Assembly: GCA_012295275.1 (NCBI GenBank)
Contig: CM022669.1
Location: forward strand, 868,001-932,000
Source of the DNA: Chrysomallon squamiferum
Taxonomy: Eukaryota > Animalia > Mollusca
Length of the DNA stretch: 64,000 nt
Direction: 5' to 3'
The notes under the pieces were generated by a model. That model worked only from the letters and a program-made list of their open reading frames with translations, had not been told where the DNA came from and did not search any database. Positions 45,703 through 58,339 of this stretch are shown one piece after another. Position 1 is the first letter of the stretch. Every line of letters starts with the position of its first letter. The position numbers and the translations under genes are program-made.

Positions 45703-46383
45703 TCTTTATTAATTCTGTAAAATATTGTACTGTTTAGCACGTAATTATACACGTCCCTGTACACTGGTATCAACACTAAATAAGCGTAGTATATAGACAC
45801 GCCTATACGTGAAGTTTATAGAGAGGCGGTCATTCTGGTACATTTCTTAAATCAGTTATAGTTAGATATACTTTCTTGTAGTTTACACACACACACACAC
45901 ACAGACACACACACTCACACAGACACACACACACAGACACACACACACAGTTATACTTTCTTAAACTTTCTTGTAGTTTACACACACACACAGACACACA
46001 CACACACATAGTTATACTTTCTTATACTTTCTTGTAGTTTGTACACAAACACATACAGACATACACACACTCACACACAGACACACACACACATATACCA
46101 GAATATATCATTTTTATGTCTATGTGTTTTACCTGATTATACATGTGTGAAATATATTCATCTGTACCAATACCAGTAAATAAATTTGTTATATTACTTG
46201 TAGTTAGTTATAATTCTTGTAGTTTATTTTTATTTTTGGATCTTTATTAATTCTGTAAAATATTGTACTATTTAGCACGTAATTATATACAGTTTGGCGT
46301 CCCTGTACACTGATATCAACACTAAATAAGCGTAGTATATAGACACGCCTATACGTGAAGTTAATAGAGAGGCGGTCATTCTG
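45703..46383. repeat. ~135-bp direct repeats (45703-45837 and 46241-46383) flanking CA-rich internal repeats
   Basis: tctttattaattctgtaaaatattgtact...gagaggcggtcattctg is present twice. Confidence 0.9.
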
Positions 46384-49085
46384 TTATCTGTGTGTGTATC
46401 TATGTGCGTGTGGGTGTGTGACAAGTCAGTTACCATATTAATGTAATCTGAGCCTAAGTGTTAATATCAGTCTGACGCAAGCACCTCTCAGTGTCTTTGC
46501 ATACATCATCTGATACAGATCTTGTGTGTATAATCAGTTAGTTGTCAATGTGAAATTTATTTAAAACTTTCACGAGGATGAAGATTTCTCTTTGTGTATT
46601 ACTCTTATTTTTTAGAAGCTGCTAATTCTTTTCCTGACTAATATTGTGAATGATGGTGATAGAGTGCGTCTAATTAGTGTCAGGGTGGAAGATTAAGCTT
46701 GTTATGTTTGAAACCTGGTTCAAAACAAACTACACACAAAACAAATAATGACACAGTAGGTCGCTCATAGAAATTTCTTATTCAGTCCTCACTGGTTTGA
46801 CATTCACTTCACAACGTTCACCTTCGCATTCAAAAAGGCTCTCAGAAAAATCTTTTCAAAAGTTTTTTCTTAAATCTTATCCAGGTAAAATTGAGCTTCT
46901 GCTCCACTTATATTCACAATTGTATCTTTTGTATGTACTATTACATAGTTATTCACTATTCACCTTGGTGTGTGCTTTGACCCCAGAAAGAGAATGAATT
47001 CAGCCCACCCCATGTAAAACGTATAGCGCAACTCAATGGTTTTACAAATTTAAATCTAGTTTCACAGATGTATAACAAAAATTAGACTGCGTATTTGGAG
47101 CACACAGTATGTCGTATTAAAGTATGTCGTGAGGGACAATTTTATTTCAGAATGAGCCCTTAAAAATCGAAATTTATTCAAAATGGGAAACTGCACAAAA
47201 AAAGTAAATATTACAATAGTTTCGGAACTATTTGACTGACAACTAGGAATAGTCTATCACTGAAATGAGGATGCAAAGATCTACAGCTATAGTTAGGAGT
47301 TAAACTTGCATTTAAAAAAAAAAACGATCACTTTTGAGTACCTATTTGTACAGTCGGGAATAAATATAAATTGCTCATACGGCAGCAGAATATACAATAT
47401 CGACAGTGTTATTTTCTTTGAACTTTTAAAAAATTTGTGAGAAGTGATGTTCTTTGTTTTTTGTGGGTTTTTTTCAGGATAATTGAAATGTTGGCAACCA
47501 CGAGATCGCTTGCTGCTTCCACAACTGACCTTCAAACCACAGTTTCGTTCCAAGCTATCACCCTGACTCGGGACATGCACCTCCTGAATAACAAATACTT
47601 GAAATGAAACATAAGAATGTAAATAAATGCAGTTTTGTGACGGAATTTATTCATCTCTATTCATCTCTTCTTTGCTATATTGCTGTCAGGACAGATATTT
47701 TGTAAGACGTTTTAAATGATTACTTAAATTTAAACGAAACAAACATGTTTTAATGTTTTCTGCTGGTGAGTCACAACTCCAAGCTGCACTCCAAGTATCA
47801 AACGTGTGACGTGCCAGTAAGAATCCACACAGCCGTAGGGAAAACTAACACAGTTTACTTTTGTCATGCTGCAGATCTTAAATTAGTGAATTCTCAGCTC
47901 CGCTGAATTTTAAACTGAATGGAAACCATGACCAACATCGGCAACTGGATTCTGCGCGGACGTGAAATGAAGCCACTCTATCCGACACACTAATGAATGA
48001 AAATCCACTTTGCTTTTATATATATATATAAATGGTACTTTTAGAGACGCCCCCTCCCATTAGAGCCAAGCAGGCTGAATGATTCATAAAGTGAAACGAA
48101 GATAACAGTTGGTGGTTACAGTTTGTTTTATAAGTATAAGCTGAATGCAAAAAACAAAACAATTAACTTTCAAATGGAACAGATATAATGAGATTTTTAC
48201 AATATTCTGCTTGATCATAGAAACCTGTATCTTCATTTAAATGTAAATATTCTACAGCCCAACCTATTTCTTTTTCTGTTTTTTTTTCCACTTGCTAATA
48301 GAAACTGATGTCTACTTTTAATAAAAAAAAACATTTTACCAAACTTAACCTAGTTGAATTTTTCAAGCGTCTCTTATTATTATACGAACTTTATAACACA
48401 AATCTTTTGTTTCATTTGTTTTTTAATTATTCAGATAGATCCTGGGGATTAAATTACAGCTAACTCTGTCTGTTCTTCTGTTTCTGATCTCTTTGTAACC
48501 AGGGTAATTTGATTAGTGACAAAATTTATATTTCTGTATTAAAAGATAATACAGAGAACTTCTAATTGTAAATATTTATTCATGGCTATTCAGAATAACT
48601 GTAATAGAAATGTTCAAAGGAAAAAGTACGTAAACAGATCTTGTACATTGCTCACTAGTAGAAATTACTACCCGACAAAAAATCTGCTGTTACATGAAAT
48701 TATTTTAGTAACTAAACAGTCATGAAATTACTCTGAACACATTAGTAAGTTATTAGATAATAAATTGTCTAAAAATTAAGAGAACAAACACAAAAAAAAA
48801 TTCAAAAAGTCATAATAACAATAACATTGACAATACAATAATAATAAGAACAAGAGCAAGAACAACAACAAGAACAAGAACAAGAAGAACAGAAAGTAGA
48901 AAAAGAAGAAGAAGAAGTTTCGAATATATGAGAGAAATTAAGACGAGAGATTTAATACAAAATACAGTTAATTCTGGATTTTTTTAAATTTTATTTTAAC
49001 GCTCTTGATTCTAATTATTGAATTGATTTTGGTATATTATTTATATAGCGTTTTACTTACATACTTATATCAAAGAAATCAATGT

Positions 49086-49181
49086 TCAGTATAAAAATGT
49101 TAAAGACATTTGTCCGAGACATGCAATTTTTAAAGTCTGACAAGCAACAGTTAGGATAAAAAATAAGTATTTACTGAACAT
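49086..49181 (-). pseudogene. Internally deleted LicD copy (N-terminus fused to C-terminus; 31-aa mini-ORF)
   Basis: ATG TTC AGT AAA TAC TTA TTT TTT ATC CTA ACT GTT GCT TGT ([14 protein letters not shown]) is joined to cagactttaaaaattgcatgtctcggacaaatgtctttaa, the family's final ~40 nt. The conserved 5'UTR acceptor is at 49481, and the 3' flank 48290-48730 matches the copy-4 flank 62460-62850. Confidence 0.88.
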
Positions 49182-50639
49182 CGCAACTGTTGCAGATAAA
49201 AGTTTTAAATTAATCTTCTTTTGTTTTATTTTAATTTTTATTTATATTTTTAAATGTTTTATATTTTTTATTACTATTACTATTATTTTTTTAATGTTTA
49301 AGTTTTTAATTTTTTATTATTATTTTTTATTTGTTGTGGGTTTTTTTTTCGCGAACTTGCAGATTAAATCGTAAATATGTATAATAACAATAACACGTGA
49401 GAGTGAGTTTTCACTGACACAAGCTGTAACTCGAGTCTGGGATGTTTCAGAACGTCACAGAGTATTTGGCAACAAAGTATCTGAAAATTAACAAAACCTG
49501 TTACACAGTTTGTCAATTCATTTAGATAATAATTTTACTTTCAGTAGTAATTGTATGTGAATATATGATGACTGTACAAATTTTTCTTAGAGTTTTGCTT
49601 CCTCTCTGTGTGTGCGGGTGTGAGTATCTATGCATATACATACGCGGACGTCAATAAAAGATAAACCACTCTGCCTAAGACAGAATGTTTTCTGTCGAAC
49701 CACGCTCATGCTTTTCCCCTCCCAGTGGGAAAAGTGACTGATTATGTCCATTTTCATCAACCAGAACCTCCTGAATTATGTTTAAAGGTTCTTGTTCGGG
49801 AGCAACATTATAATTCTTTTCATAAGCTGTCGATTTGGCCCCTTAAATTACGATTTCATTTAGTTGTTCACTCAGTAGTATTTACATTTCAGTTGATTCT
49901 TTTCTATGATTCGTACATCGCGTTTTAAATAATATTCGGGCAGATGATGGAATAAGTATGGTTAATGAATATCAAACCTCGACAAAAACATACTACATAC
50001 ATAATAAATAATAACACATTATATCTTTCAGTAAAAGTTTCCATATTTTCCAGTGTCATTTCTTAAGTCTTATAATTTGTATAAATGAAATTCAACTTCT
50101 GCTCTATTTGCACTTACATTATCATTAACCGCACGTGCTTTTGTAAGTACATCTACAACTTAATTCTTTATCCACCCAGTGTTTGTCCATGAACTCTTAA
50201 TGTGTTCGTTGTAAAAAGAAATTTCAAAGCTCTAAAAATTAACATCTCAGCTTTCCTGATTTTTTGCTTCTACATGTTTTCACTCCGATTAATTTGGCAT
50301 ATAACAAAGTTTAATGTATTATAAATAGAAGTGGAGTTATGAATTTTCGTAGTGTTAGTTTGTTACTGTGTGAATGGTCTAGCACAATGGTGGTCAAACT
50401 TTTCGGCCCAAGAACCACACTGAGATTTTAAAACTGACAAGTGGGCCTCTCCATTATGAGGTGGAAAAAGAACGACGATAAAGCACAAAAAACACACATG
50501 AAATCTTTTTTCTTCTGTTTTTTAATCAACAAATGTATTGATACATACAATCAACTCACCACTGATGGATTTAATGGGAACAGTGTTGCCGAGGGTGCCC
50601 AGCTTAATAGCATAAAAGATAGACATGAAATAAACATGA

Positions 50640-51471
50640 AAAATCAATAGTTGCGCCGTGTCTTTTATATCGGTACTTTCGTGCAGGCTAACGAGAAAAA
50701 CTTAAACGACTCAGCTTTCTTGTTTAAACTATTGGTCAAGTCCTCGTCAATTAGTTCTCCGCGGCGAGCAACTGTTCTGCGTGATAAACTTATGTTTTCA
50801 AATTTGCTTTTGCTTTCGGGAAATAAAATATTCGCTGCGTCCACAGTGCATTGCTTCCAAAACTCCCCCTCAGAGAAAGGCTTCCTTGCCTTTGCTAGTT
50901 TGTATGTCAGTAGGTAACTTCGCTAGTTTGTATGTCAGTGGGTAACTTTGCTAGTTTGTATGTCAGTGGGTAACTTTGCTAGTTTGTATGTCAGTAGGTA
51001 ACTTCGCTAGTTTGTATGTCAGTGGGTAACTTTGCTAGTTTGTATGTCAGTAGGTAACTTTGCTAGTTTGTATGTCAGTAGGTAACTTCGCTAGTTTGTA
51101 TGTCAGTGGGTAACTTTACTAGTTTGTATGTCAGTGGGTAACTTTGCTAGTTTGTATGTCAGTAGGTAACTTTGCTAGTTTGTATGTCAGTAGGTAATTT
51201 TGCTAGTTTGTGCTGATGTACTGAATAGCAGATTGGCGCACAAAAGTGTTTTGCCAACCTTACAGCAGTAGCGGCCCTTCCTTCAGATGACCAGTGTTAC
51301 CATAGTTACCATGTTTGGCGGAAAAGTTGTATTCCTACAATACGGCAACGCTTTCTTGAGAAATGAGACACACGGCCGTTGGTCGTGTTTCAGTGATAAA
51401 ATATTTTGTAGTCCATTCCTTTTGAAAACCCGACACTATCTCTCAGTCGTCCGCTTTTTTTGCACTCTCAT
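50640..51471 (-). pseudogene. hAT transposase N-terminal relic
   Basis: Translates with stops and frameshifts as KKRTTER*CRVF/QKEWTTKYFITETRPTAVCLISQESVAVL*EYN... and YLLTYKLAKARKPFSEGEFWKQCTVDAANILFPESKSKFENISLSRRTVARRGELIDEDLTNSLNKKAESFKFFSLA/ESTDIKDTAQLLIF (KPFSxGE, ISLSRRTV and the (D)ESTD catalytic-region motif). Confidence 0.9.
50891..51211. repeat. 28-bp minisatellite (11 copies plus a partial) inside the transposase relic
   Basis: Unit gctagtttgtatgtcagt(a/g)ggtaactt(t/c); first start at 50894, last at 51202. Confidence 0.97.
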
Positions 51472-51878
51472 TTTGTTATGTAGGGTGATGCTAGAGTCGG
51501 AGTTAGAGATGGCAATGCATAGCTGAGACAATGTGGTGGATATATACACGTAGTTTCAATCACAGTTTCGATTGTTTTTCGATGGAGCTTCACAGCAAAC
51601 GTCACGTGACGGTTTGAATGTGCCAATCGTAATTGCCATCTCTAGTCGACGAAGAAAGGCCCAGTCTAGTTGCAAGGCGCCACCTGGTGGTGCCAACTAA
51701 GTGTCGCAACGGGAAAGAATCAGTGAAATGAAAAAACGAAAAATTAAAAATGTTAAATTTAAAATTAAACTTTTTGCTGACGGTCCGGATAAATTAACAA
51801 AAGTTTGCCCACGTTTCCGATTATTTGCCCACGTCTGGTCCGCGTTTTATTGGCCCAAAAAGGTCCGCGTGATAAAAT

Positions 51879-52008
51879 CCACGTCTGGTCCGCGTGACGT
51901 AGTTTGACCACGTCTGGTCCGCGTGACGTAGTTTGCCCACGTCGGGTCCGTGTGACATAGTTTGACCACGTCTGGTCCGCGTGACGTAGTTTGACCACGT
52001 CTGGTCCA
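51879..52008. repeat. 29-bp tandem amplification of the hAT terminal repeat
   Basis: ccacgtc(t/g)ggtccgcgtgacgtagtttga units start at 51879, 51908, 51937, 51966 and 51995; each contains the TIR. Confidence 0.92.
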
Positions 52009-52484
52009 GCGCTGCTGCACAATGATGTCAACTCTGAAGAAAAAATAAAAATAAATAAATAAATAAAATTAAACTTTTAAACATTAACAAAATAACAACT
52101 TTTGGATTATTTGTCAGTTTCTAACTTTTATCACCCAAAAAAGGATAAAATCAAAGTCAGCAGTCAAACGTATTTTACAAACAGAAAATCATTTCTGAGT
52201 AACCAGTTGCATATGTACTAAAACAGTTATAAAATGTCTCAGTTTAACTGTCTTACAAGTATTTTAAAACATCTCAGTTTAAAGTATTCGCTGTATTACA
52301 GGTATTGTAAAAACATCTCAGTTTAACGTATTCGCTGTATTACAAGTATTGTAAAATGTCTCAGGTGAAAATACTTACATGTATTGGTTGTCTCAGTGCA
52401 ATCACAACCTCACAAGAATCCATTTCGCAGACAATAACATTTGTATGTTGGTATTTATATATGGATGTGTGTATGTATGTATAT

Positions 52485-52558
<74 letters not shown>

Positions 52559-53134
52559 GTATACATACACACATATATATATATATATATATATATGTAC
52601 GTTTATCTAAATATGTGTAAAAATGTAATTACACTACTGAGACTAGAGCTAAAGGTGACAAAATAAATTTGTATAATGGTCGACAGCACATACAAAACCA
52701 GATCGTTTCATAAATATTAAAATGTTCTCTCAGACACATTCAGCGGTATCGACACAGCGACAAGACTTGGTTTTATCAGTCGATTAACTTTTAGTAAAGA
52801 CTGCGCTTGGAGGTTCAGCTCATATTGGCTAACCAGTCTATCTCTAAATGCGCTGAACAAATGATACATTTATGAGAGGATTCAGAAAAGACAAGAAAAA
52901 AGTTAATGACAGAAGACGTTGTCTGACAAGATAAATACATTATATCATGCGGCTTTTTTATTTCATGTTTAATTAGGTGTTAAAAGTACAGATGCAAGGA
53001 TTAAGGCAGGATTAAAACTGTGCGTTTCTTTAATAACGAATGTTTTCAACTCATAGCAGTTGACATTCAATATCATTTATTTTTTCTACTTATGAAGATA
53101 TTACGTAACAGTCATAATTATCCGTATTGTTTAA

Positions 53135-53260
<126 letters not shown>

Positions 53261-53832
53261 CACACATGTATATATTTATGCATGTATCAATATGATTGCT
53301 CCACACTTGCGGTAGGTTTTCTATAAACCAGTCAGAAGAGTGTTTCAGTGAGAGATAATTTCCTTTCTACAGCTACTTGTTTAATTTACTTTGCAAGGAG
53401 GATATACGTGTTAATTAGTCTGGCATGCACAGACATTCAGCAACGATATTCTGTCCTCAAATACAAATATAGATAATAATGAGTCGAAGAACGAACGAAC
53501 AGATACAAAAATGTTTGAGTTCTCTTAGGCTAATTATTTTCAAAATGTCTGTTTTATCAGTAGTTTCTAGAACACATACATTCCTGCTTCCTGTAGTGGC
53601 GAAATATTAACTGCTATTCAGGTATTGTTCTTATGATGCACGCCTTTCTAGGACACATTTCTGGATCCATCCTTTCTATTCAATATATTATGTTAATTTG
53701 TTAGGCAGCAGTCCAGACTCGATCCATTACTGACAAAATAACAAAGATTTACACGTAACTACAAACAATAAAATCTCAGATTGTTTCTTCACGTATTTAC
53801 GTAATCAATAGTGTTAAACAAAACAATCTCAA

Positions 53833-53873
53833 CACATCGAGATCGTCATCCCAAGACATGATGTCTGTAAGCC
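53833..53873 (-). pseudogene. LicD fragment (catalytic motif AYRHH-[deletion]-WDDDLDV)
   Basis: Reverse complement ggcttacagacatcatgtcttgggatgacgatctcgatgtg matches the family motif with an ~8-nt deletion. Confidence 0.8.
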
Positions 53874-54112
53874 TTCAAAAATAAGCTTAGCTTAAGAATG
53901 GGACCTCAAAAATGAACATTTACTGAAAATAGAAGCAGCAAAAAAAGAAAAAGGAAAAACACTTTTAATAATTAAAAAAAAATCACCACTTAGGAATTAT
54001 TTAATTGTCATTTTTGAACTTTTATCACCAAAATAAGGATAAAAAGATACGTAATCATAGTCAGCAGTCAAACTTGTACTTCGCAAACAGCAAATCACTT
54101 CTGAGTAGCTAA

Positions 54113-54845
54113 TTGTAAAATATCTCAGTTTAACGTACTCGTTGTATTACAAGGGTTGTAAAAATATCTCAGTTTAACGTATTCGCTGTACTACAAGTAT
54201 TGTAAAACATCTCAGTTTAACGTATTCGCTGTATTACAAGTATTGTAAAAATATCTCAGTTTAACGTATTCGCTGTACTACAAGTGTTGTAAAAACATCT
54301 GAGTTTAACGTATTTGCTGTATTACAAGTATTGTAAAAATATCTCAGTTTAACGTATTTGCTACATTACAAGTGTTGTAAAAATATCTCAGTTTAACGTA
54401 TTTGCTACATTACAAGTGTTGTAAAAGCATCTCAGTTTAACGTATTCACTGTATTACAAGTGTTGTAAAAATATCTCGATTTATTAGAAGTATTGTAAAA
54501 AATATCTCAGTTTAAAGCATTCGCTCCATTATAAGTATTGTAAAAATATTAGCAGTTTAACGTACTCGCTGCATTATAAGTATTGTAAAAATATCTCATT
54601 TTAACATATTCGCTCTATTACATGTACTGTAAAAATATCACAGTTTAACGTATTCGCTGTATTTCATGTATTGAAAAATATCTCAGTTTAACGTATTCAC
54701 TGTGTTACAAGTACTGTAAAATATCTCAGTTTAACGTATTCGCTGTATTACAACTAATGCAAAATAACTAAGTTTAACGTATTCGCTGTATTACAAGTAC
54801 TATAAAAATATCTCAGTTTAACGTATTCGCTTTATTACAAGTTGT
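54113..54845. repeat. ~39-bp minisatellite (~18-19 copies; only ~4 copies in the paralogous block at 52230-52370)
   Basis: Unit aaaaatatctcagtttaacgtattcgctgtattacaagtattgt. Confidence 0.93.
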
Positions 54846-56350
54846 GTAATTATTGTCAAAATTCTCAGTTTAAATCAGGCAGCAATAAAGGAAGAGTATT
54901 ATGTATTCCTCAGTCAGTTTGCTACGGCCTCAAAAATCGTTTTTGTAATCATCTTTTAAATGGGTGTGTCAGTTCAAACAGGACATCAGAAGTTCAGTTG
55001 TCGCTAACGAGAACACATGTATATAATGTAGGTATCTATTTATGCATGTATGTGTATATATGTATGTATGCATGTATGTATATATGTATGTATGCATGTA
55101 TGTATATATGCATCTATGTATTTACGCATGTATGAATTGATGTATGTATATATGTGTGTACGTGAATCTCTCTCTCTCCCTCTCTCTCCTTCTGTTTTTT
55201 CTCTCTCTGTGTTTGTGTGTATATGTGTGTCTGTCTGTCTGTGTATGTATGTATGTATGTATGTATGTATGCATGTATGTATATATGCATGTATGTATGT
55301 ATGTATGTATATATGTATGTGAATCTCTCTCTCTCTCCTTTTATTTATCTCTGTGTGTGTTTGTGTGAGTATGTGTCAGTTTGTCTGTGTGTGTTTGTAT
55401 GTATATATATGTAGATATCTCTGTAAATGTAATTACTCTACTGAGATTAGAGGTGAACGTGAAAAAAACTAAATTTTATTACAGTTGACTATACACACAA
55501 AACCAGATCTTTTCATATATATTTAAATGTTCTCTGCGACATATTCAGACATGCAATAGCGACAACAGTGGCTGTTATCCAGTCCAGTGAATTTTAACAA
55601 AGACTGCTCGCAAGGTCTGCCCTTTCAGGTTAAAATGTCTGTCCTCATGGGCGGTGAATAAAACCAGAACTTGGAAGATGAATACATTGAATGATGCCGT
55701 TTTACTATTTCATGTATAATTATGTGTTAAATGCTCACGGTGAAAGGAGTAAAACTAGATTAAGTTGAGATAACATTTATATATGCATGACTATGTTTGT
55801 TTGTTTCGTTTACTTTGCAAACAGGATACATTTTGGCATGCACAGACATTCAGGAATGATATTCTTGATAACGAGTCGAACAACTAACGAAGAGATAAAC
55901 AGAAAACAAGCTTGAGGTCTGTTAGGATGTTAGTTTTCAGAATGTCTGTCATACGCTTTATCAGTATTTTCTAGAACACGTACATTCGAGCTTGCTGCAA
56001 TGATATGCTGTCATCAAACACGAGTCGACCAACTACCTCAGAAAAAAATGTTTCAGCTCTGTTAGGTTGTTAGTTTTCAGAATGTCTGTCACACATTTTA
56101 TCAGTATTTTCTAGAACACATACATTCGAGCTTCTTGTATTGGCTAAATGTTAACTGCTATTCAGATATTGTTCTTGTGATGCACGCCTTTCTTGGACAC
56201 ATTCCCGAACCCATCCTTGTCTATTGAATCAATGTTTGTTTGTTATGCAGCAGTCCAGATTCATTATTGACACGTAACTACGAACAATAAAATCTCAGTT
56301 TGTTTCTTCACGTATTTACGTACACAATAGTGTTAAATAAACAGTCTCAG

Positions 56351-56472
56351 CACATCGAGATCGTCATCCCAAGACGTGATGTCTGTAAGCCTCAAGAAGA
56401 GATCCTTCCCAGACTAAACACGTTAGGTTTCCTTTCTTTCAGGCTTCCATGAGTTTGTCCACGCTTGAGCAT
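56351..56472 (-). pseudogene. LicD pseudogene fragment
   Basis: Translates [28 protein letters not shown]/(frameshift deletion)/WDDDLDV, with a TGC>TGA nonsense change and the same deletion as the 53.8-kb fragment. Confidence 0.9.
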
Positions 56473-56535
56473 ATCATCATTTGCTTCTTTCATTTTATTT
56501 TGAATATACCATTTCTGATATTTTGTCATGTTCTG

Positions 56536-56602
<67 letters not shown>

Positions 56603-57094
56603 CCTTTTTTGCAAATAGGTCTGCAAAAGTTTTACAAAAGTTTAATTTTTTTAAATCTTATTTTGATATTTCACCGCAATAATATATAAAACAGAGATTT
56701 CAGTGTTTTAAATACGAAGTGGGTTGAAGAGAAAGCCTTTGTCACAATAATTTCATTTAGTGTTGTTTCTTTTTAAATCTAGTTTTGCACAATTGTATGC
56801 ACTGTAGTAATATTTACTATACGAAGCAGTTGAAAAGTTTACCCTTGTTTCGAAAAGAGACTTTGTAATTTTTGTTCCAGAGTAATTGTTTTATATATTC
56901 AAGCCAGTTATCATATCATGCTTATTAATTTCTTATTTCATTTGATGATATACATACTTGTAGTGTGTTTATTTATTGTAGATAGTGGTTGTCATGGTAT
57001 TTTACAAAGTGTGCTATGTAAAGTTTATTGAACTGATGTAAAACAAAGAGAAGTATATATTAGTCGATGTTAGACTCAGTCTTAGATAAACATT

Positions 57095-57128
<34 letters not shown>

Positions 57129-58339
57129 GTCTACAGATGATTTTTATACTGGTAGATATCCACCGTCAGTCAGTCTCAATGTTAAAATTATCATCTTTAC
57201 TCATTGTACAACATCATTAACATCATTAGTTCATTCACTTTTGAATGGATTTAACAGTTTTACAGATGTTACGACATTTTAATTGTACTATTGGATACTA
57301 GGATATATCTTATGAAAAACAAATTACAAAGTTCATTGTTAATCATCAAGAAAGAGAAAGGAGAAAGAGCAAAATTAAGAATTAAAAAAGAAAATATAAA
57401 AGAAAATTAAAAAGAAGACGAAGAAGAAGGAAATTATTTTGTATTTAATTACTATCAAAATGGATTTGTAAATTGCTTTTACAATAGTGTTCTGTTTCAG
57501 TTCTTGAAATGAGGATTCAGGAGTAAAGTAACTGACAGCACAGTGTATAATAAACACAACAACAAATACCCGTAGTTAATGTGCATTGATCTCAGTTACA
57601 GTTGTTTCCTTTTACAACAGTGTCGTAAACTGTGTAATATTTTCTAAGTCACTAATTTATTAATGTATGCAAGTGTCAGGAGCGATATCGCATGGCTCAA
57701 GGTAGCTAGATTTCATTTTGTCAGTTCAGATAGAGAGAATGTACATTTATCTTTTTTTTCTTGGCATATTTATTGTTGAATTGAGGATATTTATCAGAGC
57801 AATTTGGCTGGCTAGCAGTGTCAGTCTGGTTAGAATAAATGTTTACACTTTAATTTTGTTGTTGTTTTGTGTTATAAACTTTCAGTGTTGTCTACACACA
57901 ACATTACTCTCATGTGTTTAATGCATGACATAAAACACTGGGTAATTCTTACATATTACATAATCTTGAAATATTTGTTAAAAAATTAAATATTTTACAT
58001 TTGTAAAGTATTTCTACGCCATCCTATACATTCATATTATAGTTCCAGTCACTTATCACTCCAACAACACCGCTGACCTATATCGGCATATACAAGTATC
58101 ATTACCAGTGTGGTTCAAACCGGATACAGGCAATCTTGTTGGTTATCTGCGAACAAAGGACAATGTAAATATATAAAAAAAGCCCAAAAATATGTAGAAT
58201 GTAAATTTAGACTTAATATGTGTGACACAATACTTAAAAGAGCTAATTTAACCAAGAAATGTCGTAATTTATGATAATGTGTTTTAAGAAGATTACGATG
58301 ATAACAGAGTGTGTTTTAAAAAGTATACAGGTGCTAACG

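Larger units (their letters stand above)
50385..52003 (-). mobile_element. Internally deleted hAT DNA transposon (Buster/Charlie/SPIN, GTF2IRD2-like transposase)
   Basis: TIRs CAATGGTGGTCAAACT and CAGACGTGGTCAAACT (reverse complement). The 8-bp flanks gtctagca / gtccagcg match 6/8, with the central TA typical of Buster-type targets in the left copy. A transposase relic lies inside. Confidence 0.88.

Noticed and set aside
50651-50917. Plus-strand 88-aa ORF
   Set aside because: It is the antisense shadow of the minus-strand transposase relic.
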